The notes under the pieces are model-generated. The model was not told the origin of the DNA. It made no database searches and saw only the letters and a list, made by a program, of their open reading frames with translations. From the NCBI GenBank assembly GCA_016928875.1, contig JAFGJY010000034.1, forward strand, positions 1 through 44,050: a DNA stretch of 44,050 nucleotides. The letters run 5' to 3'. Source of the stretch: Candidatus Omnitrophota bacterium (GTDB lineage: Bacteria; Omnitrophota; Omnitrophia; JAHJGZ01; JAFGJY01). Positions 19,401 to 31,400 of the stretch are shown one piece after another. Position 1 is the first letter of the stretch. Each line of letters opens with the position of its first letter. Both the position numbers and the translations under genes were made by a program.

Positions 19401-22400
19401 CTTTTTATCTTGTGCTGCGGTTGCGCCCTCTAAAGCATTTAAGATATCATCGATCCGAGCGATCATCTGTGCATTAGCGCCATCTACTCCAATATAATTC
19501 CGCATATCTTCTAACGATGCTTTCAGCATGTTCTTGTCGGCATTGTAAACCGATGAAAGGATATCCAGTATCAATCTGACGTCATTCGCCGTATTATTGG
19601 CATCTAATTCCTTCATCTTTTGTACGAGACGATATATACGCGTCTCAGGCAGCTCGTCAACCGTTATCCCTGCAAAATTGACCCTGAAGATTGTAGCCAT
19701 GGCATCAAGAGATTGGCTCGCGAGGTATTTTTTCATCTCGAGCGAAAGCGAATCGAAGTCGATACCTTCCCCGATCACATCCGTCATGAGACGATCACGG
19801 TATTTCATTGACTCTTCGATCACCTTGTCAAAACGGCTCATATCCAAGACATACTCTTTCACATATTTACCCTCAACGATATTGCCCTGCGCATCGATCA
19901 TTTGCAGTATTTCGGCTTTGTACGTAATAACCCCCTGACTGAAAAGCTGTCCAACGATACCGGAAAGCACGCCGTCCTGTTCGACCTTTTTACGGATAAG
20001 CTTGTTGCGAGCATCGATCGACGGGACATCGTCGCTATAGGCCGGTATAATGATCTCTTCGATAAGCCCTAACCGTTCAAATGAACGCTTTACATGCTGC
20101 AGCACGCTTGTTTCTTGTTGTAATTCGCCGGGCAATGTTGTTGCAACATCGCGTCGGCCTAAATAATACATTAAACGCCCACGCTCATCAGAGTTAACAC
20201 GGGTAACCTCATCGTCATTGCGGCTGCTGTGCAGCGAAACATATCCAACGCGGATCAGATCGGTCAGTATCTGTAATTCGCCGATCAAAGAAGCCATTTG
20301 TTGTTCGTTCTGTGCGCTAATAACTACATCTTCTCTTCGTTCATAGCGGTCCGTCGTCGTGTTCAAAATATAATATTTGTTAAATAAAGGATGCTTAAGA
20401 GCCTCATCGCCCATTATCCTTTGCCGTTTCTTCGATATGACCTGCGGCAAAACATACATGTCCCGGCCCACGCGATATTCACGCTCATTCTCAACCTGAT
20501 AGACCAAAATGTAGCTCACGGCATCTTCCACGGAATACCCCTGGGTCATGATCAGGCTCACGATAGTACTGACCGTATACGGCTTGATCTCATTCGGTGT
20601 TGTCGTGCGGGTAGCATTACGCGTGATATTATCGAAGAATTGCGTTATATTAAGGCCGTCCCTCATCTGCACATCATAATAATAACTGTCCATCCGCGCA
20701 CGTATATCGCCAAAAATACCCAACTCTTCAAGCTCAGCCCTTCTTGACCAAACCTCTCGTAGGACTTTTACTTTGTAGTCATTCTGCAATCTGAGCCACA
20801 TCTCGGAAAAAGCTTGCGGCGTTTCCTCACGGCCGTCCCTTTTCGTCAACTCAGCAAGCGTGTTCATCAACCTGACCTCGCGGTCATGGATCTTGTCCTT
20901 AGAGCGATTTTCACGATACCGGCCGTTCAACTCTGCAAGCAGGGTCTCGTTATCCATCTTTCTGTTCTCTTCACTGATGCGCCATTGTTCTGATAATGTC
21001 AGATAATAATCGGCAGCATACCGCACAGTGTTATCACGTATCGCTCCCTCTATAAAACTCTGTATATCCGGAGAACGCACATCTTGGCCACGTTCCTTGG
21101 CAACGGTGATCAACAATCTTTCTGTAGCTTTCTGAAAACCGCTCAAGTCTTCTGTTATTTCCTGGAGTTTCTGCTCCCATTCATCGGGTTGATAATGTGC
21201 CTCAACGGCTTTTCGGAACATCTGGTTGATCAATATAAATATTTCTTCAGCAGGTAATTCTTCCGTTTCATTGCGATACTTCGATGCAATAGCACGAAAG
21301 TCTTCAGCTAAAACACCCAGGTTCTTATCCAAGTGAGAAATGGTCACCTTGCGCAGATCTCGTTCGAATCTCCATTTTTTCATACCGCCCGCGCCCCATG
21401 TCTTATCAAATTGTTCCGGCAGAAAATACGCGATCGCCATGGGATCAAGGTCTTTACCAACCAATATCAAGTATTGCGTTAAGACATAGGTGCGGCGCTC
21501 AAAATAATCCTTAAGCCACGCCGATAGCTCTTCACGTTCCAAGTACCCCAGATCATAGACCTGTTCGTACAATTTCTCTACCAGCCCCGAAACTTGCCCT
21601 TCGGTCAGTTTAAATATCCTGCGGTCAAAGAACGCCTGCTGTTCATTAAACTTCTCTTGCACGTCTTTATTCTTAGCGATCATCTCGAGCTGCGCATCTT
21701 CGAGCGCCAACATTTCCTCTTTAAGGCGGATCATGTCCTCATAATATTGGCGGGTACCGGCCCTGAACGCTTCTTCGTAGCCTTCCTCGCCTTCTTCGAT
21801 ATCCAAAGTGTTCTTGATCCGCTGTATCGACTTTTCGTTCGTTTGTGAACGCGTCAAAAGCTCTCCGATACGGCCCGTATTATTGTAATTGAACAAGGCA
21901 TCGGTAATGATCATGTGCAAAAGCATGGTGTGGGAATCACTATCAGCCTCGTCAAACACTTTACCCGTCACCAATTCATAATATTCCGTATATTCGCCCT
22001 GATAGACATAGCGCGCGATATCATATGCAGAAGGAGCGATCTTTTCATTGTCTTTTGAGATCGTGGTATTTGCGGTCGTAAGTTCAACGATGATAGTCTC
22101 GACATATTTGTTTATAATGGCCTTATTGATCACATCCCGTGCATCTTGCGTAATGAGCCGTTTCTCGATGAGCATAACAACGAGATCATATCCTGTATCC
22201 TCAGTCCCTGTCCGCTGAATGTAACGTACCAGGTCGCCATCAAATATCTTGGATGCCAATTCACCGCACATTGCATCCGTTACAGGCTCTGCCTTAGCGA
22301 CCCCATAGGCATCACATAGATAATTTATAATAACAGCATCTATTACCTTATATTCGTTCTCCAACTGATTGATGACCGTCTCGGTGCGTTTATACCTGTT

Positions 22401-25400
22401 CATCGCGGCATCGAACCACATTGAATATTCGAAATCACGCTCTAGGTAGCGATCGACATAATTCACAAGATCATCCGGTGTGAAATGGCGCGATAATTCA
22501 TCTTCTTTGGTGAACGGACTATGCTCACCGTAAAATGTCGCGTCTCCCGTTGAAAGCCGCTTGCGGTTCTTGTCGATCTCGACAAAGCGCATCTCTTTGA
22601 GATTCTCATCTGAAGTCTTCTTGTAGAACTTTCTCATCTGCCTAAAGTCAGCATTAAATATTCTTTTAAATAAACATTTCATCTCGTACAATATCCGCCC
22701 CAAGAACGTTCTCGGCTGTGTCGGCCTTGCCTCTTCATATGCATTATTACGTTCTTTAACATACTCGATCATCTGTCTGCGCAAAACAAGGTCATCGGCA
22801 ATCTTCTTTTCCTGATATTGCTCGATCCGGTTCACAATGCTGAAATACTGGTTGACCTTAGCAAACGCATTGGTAACCATAAGGTCGCCAACAGACTTAC
22901 TTACGTCGCCGCTTTTGTAATTATCCTGTAAATAAATTCGGTCAAAGGTATCGAGCGTTAACTCGTTATACAACGCTCTCAGCTCTTTTACTACGCTACG
23001 ATGTTCGTCCGTTTCCCCCAAACTAAAGACAGCCGTGTCAAGCTTGAGCTCTTCTACATTCTGCCCGTTTTCTTCGGGTAATGCCTCAATGGCTGATATC
23101 AGCTGATTGATGAAGTACTTTATCTGGAAATACTGTCCCATGAGCCGCTGATAGTGTTCATCATCAGGCGTACCAAGACGGTCTGCGGTTTTGATCGTAT
23201 TAAGGTTCCTGAGGAACGTAAACTGTAAATCGTTGAATTGCTCAATTATGTTCCGAATGTTACGCCAATACGGCGAAATGGTCGTTACTTCTTTGACAAC
23301 GTCTGCTATCTCGCCTTCAACCGTTATATCCTTCATGGCCCGTTCAAGGTGGGTAACATTTGTTTGCATGACGGAATTCACATATATCACCGCGAGCAAG
23401 CTCACTTTATACGCATCCTCATCGTTTTGGGTAATCACATCGAACTCGGCCAAAACGTCCTGTCGCCGTTCATGAGCAGCGACAACGTTTTGTTTAGCCT
23501 CATCATTACTAAAGACAAGCAACAAGAGCTCCTTGGCCGTATCAAGATCAAGCGCCCTGAGAGCCTTATAAAGCGCTTCTTTATGCTCATTACTGACCAC
23601 AACACCTGCCGCAAGAATCTCTTCGGCTGTCTCTAATAAGTTCAACAGATCACTTGCTAAGTCCTCGCGCGGCGTTTCGATCGTCAATCCTTCTTTGTGC
23701 TCAAGGTAACGTGCCACTTCGATCTTTTTCACCTCGGAAAGTCCGATATTCTTTGCGATCGTTTCGATCGACATAAGGACGCGGCCTTTCTCGTCTACGG
23801 CATTAACACCCTTTAAATAATCGTCCTCGGACGTGATCACATAGCGCCCTTCCGGGTTCTTCTCCGCGTCATAGATCTGACGCCGGTATATGCTGATGGT
23901 GGCAGGCTCAAGAGACCTAAAATGTTTGGTAAAATAATGCCGTATATACGCTTCCTGCTCTAACGCAAGTTTGATATCGTCATAATTCCGGATGCCTTCT
24001 TTCCACAACCGGCGCAGGTCGTTCTGGACAACGATCGAACGATAGAACGCGGCAAATTCATCGGTCTTCACCTTCTCGCGCAGATACCTATCGAACATTT
24101 CTTGTGTTTTGTTCCCTTCCTCCGACACCGCATCAAGTGTCCATCCATTGATGAATGTGATCGCAGCATCTCTCTCGGCATCCGTAACGAACAATGTTAT
24201 ATTTCTGATCAATATTTCTTTATACTTAGCGAGCGTTTCATCATCTATCATAGGTTCGGATGTATCGCTTGTTTGCTCGCCCATAGCTGCCGTGAAATAT
24301 CCGTCTATATTCCGCGCGAACGTGCGATAGCCACCGTCTTCTTTCACACGGTTGACATTATTCTCGCCGGCCGGCTGCCAGTCATTGACGAAGGCAACCA
24401 GCGATTCATCCCACATACGGGCATCCTTGATATTCTGCAGCATTGATTGCTTTAAGGCCTCGAGATAATAAAGGTCCTTTTCACCCTCGTATTGCCAGCC
24501 ATACGGCTTAAACGTCATATAGCGCTCATTACCGATAACGCCTTGATTGACAAGTTCTACATCGATGCGTAAATATGAATCAAGCCATGAGGATACCTGT
24601 TGTTCTGACAACCGCATCTGTTCTGCATAGTTAGGCCCTGGGTTGAGATTACCGTTAATCATCATGTCTTCAAGGAAGAGCGTTAAATAGGATTGCGCAA
24701 CACCGCGTACATACCATGAACGGTCACGTTGTGAAACGGCAAAAAGATCCTGGCGTTCCTGCGGGCTAAGTTCTTCACCGCTAAAATTAGCGATGACGCG
24801 GTTCTTTAGGAAGTTATTGCGATCGGTGATCGCACTCAATTCACGGTCCGTGGTAGTAATGAGCCCTCGTTTATCAAGTTCATCGATCATGAACTGTAAT
24901 AAGTGAGCAAAGGCTTGTGAAGAAATATAATACCGATCCAATCCCACGTTCTGGAAGACCTTGGCAAGCGACATACTTTGTGCGCCGAACTGCTCGGTCA
25001 ACCTACTTGCTCCACGAGCGATCTTGAACTCTTCTATAGACCCCGTACCGCCGCGCGCGATATAATCTGCATATGCACGGCTGATCTCGTCTTCGTTATC
25101 CAATTCCTCTGACTCTGAAGAAGCCCCGCTAAAATACGGCGCTTTCTCAACAGCACTCTTGTAGTTATTGATCGTGTTGCCTATCGCATTCTTGACCCTC
25201 GAATCTAATTCCTGGCTCTTTATGCTCCGTAATTTGATCGTCGGTTTCTGGATCGTCGTATCCTGCGGCGTTACAGGCTGCTGGTCCTGATCTTCATCCT
25301 GCATGATCACGACAGGTTGTGTTTCATAGGCGGTTATGGTCCCCTGCATTTCCGGGTAGATATACTCATCAAATGCCGCAGCATACGCCGCTTCGTCCGC

Positions 25401-28400
25401 ATATACCCCGCCCACATAATTATCCAGGCTTGCAAGCAGCGGCCCACCCGGGTTAGCCTGTCTAAATGCGATCAGATCACGACGCATCCGGTCCCTATCA
25501 TATACAATATCGAGCCTATCGTTGATCGCCAATTCCCTAAACCACCGCTTAATAATGTATTCCCGATCGATCGGCGTCAGGCCGTAATTTTCCAATTGCA
25601 TCCGGTCAACAACAGATTCAAAGGCAAAGACGAGTCGATCATCGTCATCCATGATCTTAAAGGGCACATGACCTGTCGTCGATGCCTGTACCTGTTCTGT
25701 TGAAAACTCCAGATGCGTGATGATGATCTTGCCCTCTGATCTTTTGGCTGTCTTCTGGTCACTGAGAATATCGATCTGATCTATAATGCCTAAAAGTTTC
25801 ATCTCATTGAGAGGTATCTGGATCATATCGGCACCACGCGTGATCGTGACCTCATACACAGGCAGATCTTTTCGCTTGAATTGAACAATAAAGCCATCAA
25901 CGGTCGTTTGAGCCCAATCGATCCCGATCTTAACACTCTTATACCCCGAGAGGTTCGTCTTAACGATTTTTCCCCAGAATCCACTCTTAATGTCCCCTAC
26001 CATACCTGCCAGGTCAAGCTCAAGGCGTGTCTGATCAGCCGATAATGTGGCATTATTCCGCATGATATTAGCCGTGTTGGTATAGTCTGTCGTAAAAGCA
26101 CCGTATTTAATGAATTCTAATCTATCTACCTGATCCTCATCCTGAACGCTTACCGACGGGATCGTCCTGCGGGACTTCGCTGTCTCGACCCTTGATAGTT
26201 CCATTTTTCTGATATTCGCCGTTGAGAAATCCCTCTGCAAATAATGGTCCATCCACTGTATCATGTTCATCCCGACATTAAAGGTAGTGATCGACCTATT
26301 ACCTCTAAAGGCAGTCTCATTCATCAAACTTTCCATATATCCCGATAACGGTGTATTCCCCGTAAGATCTTGTTTGTAGTTATAAAGGGCTATCATCTCA
26401 ATGATGGAATCAAATGAATAGACAACTTGGTTCCATGGCTGCGAGGAAGATGTGTCGTTGTGCATACCGGTAAGATTGTTCATTACCGCCTGCGGCATGA
26501 AACGCATGAGGAGCGCTGACGCATAGGGGGCTTCTTTCTGCTCGCCGCCCTGAAGGGGCACATACCCCGGAAGACCGAGGGTGGGTTCGCCGTATTCATC
26601 GTATACGACCTGACCTGCGCTATTGACATAGCCTGTCGGCGCCCGTCCCCAATACGCCCGATTTTCTCGTGTCTTTAGATCAAGGCTAGCTTCACCGTAA
26701 TTCATCGCACTCTTTACGAAATACGGCGAATATTGCATCAAGCCCAAGAGCTCATACGGCAACATATGTTCGAACGATGTGCCGCCTTTTGACCCCAGGA
26801 TCGGAATGATCGAACCATCAGCCTTCTCAAAATGAAGCACGTTCTTTTGCGCGCGCACGAATGCGTCATACGGTACACCGTCAAAAAGAACACCGAGCAT
26901 AATGGCTGTCAAAGCTTCGGAATTGAGGTTCCCATAATTGTCTCGTGACCATTCGCCGTTCTTATACGCTAAATTAAGCAACTGTGAACCATCCGCACCG
27001 CGTGCGAAGAAAAATCGCATGTCGATCGACTGCGCAAGCGCGAAACAACGGTCCGCGAGTGCATTATTACCAAGAGTTTCGCGCGCATATTGGCCTGCGA
27101 TCAATAAACCGGCTTTTAAATTACCGCAATCAACGGCCGATATTTCTCCATCACCCGATGGCACCCAAGCACCTGCCGCATTGACGCTGTAGAAACGATA
27201 CGGCATACCACTTACGCCCTTCGGCATTCTTTCAAGGGCTGAGACCTGTCTCTCTAATGTTGCCGAAACATCCTTCCCCTGCATAATGGTCATAAGCAAA
27301 CTCATGCCGAAGTTAGAAATGGTCGAACGCTTTTCGGCAGGTGTCTGAACCGTTCCGTTCCTGATCAAAGCAAAATCATAATACAATCCGCTCGGTTCAT
27401 GGCGCAACGCGTTCAACTGCTGCTCTATCTTGCCTGACTGTTCATCGATGAACCTGATCTGCTCGGCCTTCTCGATATCTGTCACTTCATACGTCGGTTT
27501 CACTACGTTCTGTGGGACCGGAGCTTCGAAGACCTCATCATATTCACCGCGCGGTGCGAACAACGCTTGATACTGCCGATCACGATAGATCTCTTCATTA
27601 ACGGCGTACAATATCGTCATAGGCAAGCTGCCCTCAAAGATCCACGACGGATCATTCGTATACACATCCTCCATCGTCTTTGTGACCGCCGCTAGCAGAT
27701 CCTCCGGGCTCAGTCGCGCTATATTCTTAATGTCGAGAGCCATAGCTAGTTCCCGGTCCGTGACCCCACGTCTATGGAGAGAATAAAGCTCGACCTCAAC
27801 CATAGTTTTCACCCAATATTTGAACAATGGATCGTCAATAATGACGCCGACTGAACGAAGGCCGGCACTGATCGCGGCCTTTTTCTGCTCCGGTGTCATT
27901 CCCTCGATATCAGGACGTAACTGATCGACGATCTCGCCCAATATCCCAATTTGTTCGCCCAACATCTCCGTACTAAAGGCTTTCATCGCGACCAGAAGTG
28001 CGGATGAAACACCTTCAGAATACCAGTTCGGTATGAACTCCATGTCCTTATCGAGCATTTCTTCGATCTCGTTTTCACTGATGATGTGGCCGCCCTTTCT
28101 GAGCTGGCGCTTGATCTCCGCAGTCGCTATCTTCTTCTTGAGTATAAATACCTCTGACGTTTTATCAGGCTGAAAAGTCTGTGCCGTCTTTATCTGCTCA
28201 TTAATGATCGCGAGCCGATTAAGCGCGTATTGCGTCCCGTTCACCACCCCGAGGCCGAAGGCATAGTCGTCATTCTGTAAATAATCATAAACCAGCGGCA
28301 GTAAACCGAAAGCCTCCGACTGCCGGTACCAATTATGCATTACTGAACCGTTAAGGTCATCATTGAGGGCCGTTTTGATATCATCTTCAGTGAAATCAGG

Positions 28401-31400
28401 CCCTTCTTTGAACCCTTGTAATCCCAGCATGCGCTTCTTTGCATCGACCATTCGATCGAACGTAAAGCGATACCGCGGCGTTTCAGTGTTTATCGGGATC
28501 AGCATTCTCGGCTCGCCATTGACGTCCACATTCTGGCTCGTGACCATCATGATCGCGTTAATGATCTCAAGCTGCTGGGTGATATCCCCTTCAAGGCGCG
28601 CGTTGATAATGCCGTTCGAACACGCAAAATAAAGTGCTGAAAGCATGACCCCGCCGTCTTCGAAACGTTTCTTGATCTCTTCGGTCTTTGCATACTCTTC
28701 GCTCTCTTCAATGATCCCTTTCTTGACGAATTTCCGTGCGATCGAACGGGAAGCATAATCAATATCGAACGTAAAGAGCGGACTATTAACATCCACGATA
28801 TTCCGCACCAAACCGGTCTCCTTGTCAACATCGACGGTCTCGACATAGGTATCAAAGAACGTATCAATATCGTCCTTCGCGGTAATATCTCCCATAGCGA
28901 GAGAGAGCGCAAAACTGAAATAGACCCCTTCAAGCATGAACTCGTTCTTCTTGTTCTCATCCTGATCGGTGTGTAATGATGCGACCTTTTGCCCGAATGT
29001 CATGCGTGTATTCGTTACCGGATCGAAATAAAGATCTTTATCAGCATCAACAATGATCCGGCGTTTGATAAGATCAGCGAGCATGAATTCGACCGCATCG
29101 CCGCGCGATCCTTCTTTGTACCTATCTGACGGCACGAGGAAATAATTGATCGTATCGGTGCCCTTGTACTGGCCGATCGCCTCCTTGACGTTCTTGTAGG
29201 CACTAAAGAACGGTATCAGGTCCGGCATGACTTGCAGTATCCCTTGCTCGAGCAGCGAGGCAGTGATCGCAAACCGCACGCCGCTCTTTGTCCATTCCAT
29301 GGTATTAAAGAGCGCAACGATATTCGGATCCGTTTCAGCAACATCATGTCCCTTCTTCCTTAGTTCACTCACCTTTTCCTTGATCGCCATCTCACGGCTG
29401 AACCCAAAAAGCTTTGCATCTCGGTCCGGCAGGAAGAACGGCACATAGTTCTTGAGCTGGGTGTAAATATTGAAGAAGCCATCATGATCAGTGATATCTT
29501 CTTTAAGAAGCGCCTTGGTCATCGCGAAGATCTGCGCATCGATGTTCCATGAGACGTTCCTTCCATACAGATTGAGCATCGCATCGTATTCATATTTATA
29601 CTCACCGGTCTTGACCTGGTCGAGCGTCAGATAGACGCCACGCTTGCGGTATTTGATTATGACCTTCTCAGCCGCCGCAAGTTCAACATCGAACCTGAAT
29701 TGTTGGCTCGTCGTATCGACATCAAAGGCGTTCTTGTACCGCGTATTAATGGTCTTATAGAGTTCGATAAAATCGCCGACCTGCGATTCGGTGATCGCAT
29801 CGGCCTGTATCGCTTCCTGAATGGCTTTGGCAAAGCTGAATGCCTTGGCCCTTGTGTACCACGCACTGTCACCGTTCATATACAGGTCTTGATAATACCT
29901 GAACTCGGCCCGGCGTTCGATCTGAGCATCGGTCAAATAGATACCGCGTCGCGCATAGATCTGCCAGGTACGTTCACGTGCCGCGTTCCGCGCGTCATAA
30001 TAGAACATATTGTCTTTTACCACGGCGCCGAAAATATCTCCGTCCCTTAAGACCATCGAATAGATCCGCAAGAATTGGGCAACCGCGGTCCGTTTCAATA
30101 TTATCTTCTCGGCCTTCGTCTTGCCGAGTGCATCCCAATAGGCGTCCATCTCAGCCGTAAAGGCCTCGAGTTCTTCGCCAAGCGACTGCGCGAATGACGC
30201 TTCGACACCGCGCTTAAAGTAATCTTCATACGCTTTCCAGTATAATTCCATCTTTTTCTCGTCATTAATACCGAACGCCTTGTCGAGTTGAGCATAGAAC
30301 GTTTTCCATGCGGCTTCCGTCTTGGCGGCATCCGTCTTGGCGGTCCGTGCTGCTGTTTTATACCATCCCCAGATCAATTCATTTGACACGTTCTTGACCA
30401 GAGAATCGCGGTTCTGGATGGTGAGCGGTTGTTGTCGTACGGCACGCTGATCACGCTCGGACATGGCCATCGGTGCTTCGCTTAAACGATCTATGTCCTG
30501 GTTGAAGAGATATTTCTGGGTCGCGAGAAAATCCTTGAACCCTTCGAAGAACACCTCATCCTTTAAGAACAGATCGGGATAATCGGCCGCGAGGTTGACG
30601 TTCATCTCATCAAGGATGCCGCGGGATTCCATAGCACGTTGCAAATTATCGAACGCGAATGACAAGTCGTCGCCGACAGAGGTTGTGCTATTGACCGGAT
30701 GATACTTCTTGAATATCACCGAATAGCCGCCGGACTTCACGACGATATCATCGGCATAGGCCGAAATAACGCCCATGCGATACAGTTCCCGGTCATGAAG
30801 GTTCTTGAAATATTCGATATCGCGCGTATCGGTAACCCATGTCGGCTGGGTGATCTTATATTTCTGATCGCCGACTGCGGACGTCGACAAGAAACCCGGT
30901 TTGCTGAAGCGGCTCATATCATCGATATATTGCCGTAACGAGAGGTTATATGCATCGCCGCTCGCTTTAAATTCAGACTCTAGTCCCGGCAATAGGCCTT
31001 TTTTATAGCGCTGGTGTATGTCGATCATGATATCAAGTTTAAGACTCGCTTCTTCAACGGTATTGCAGCCGCGGGCGACTTCACGCGCCAGATATTCGAT
31101 CTGCGCGTCGTGCTTGACGTTCATGTCCGTTTGCAGGGTAAGCTCGAGCAATTTCTCGAGCTTATCGATCAACATCAGTTTCACGACGACCATTTGAATG
31201 TACTGATCGACGTCACCATAGAGTTTATTCGGATCCCCGCCTTTTCCGTCACCGATCATACGCGCGATCGCCATGATCTCATTAAAATCACGCGGATTAT
31301 CCATTTCGTAATTATTGTTGGCTATATCAATGAAATCACGGTTCTCTCTGAGCTCGCCCGCGATCTCGACCGTATTCAGAAAATCTTCAACAGTAGCATA

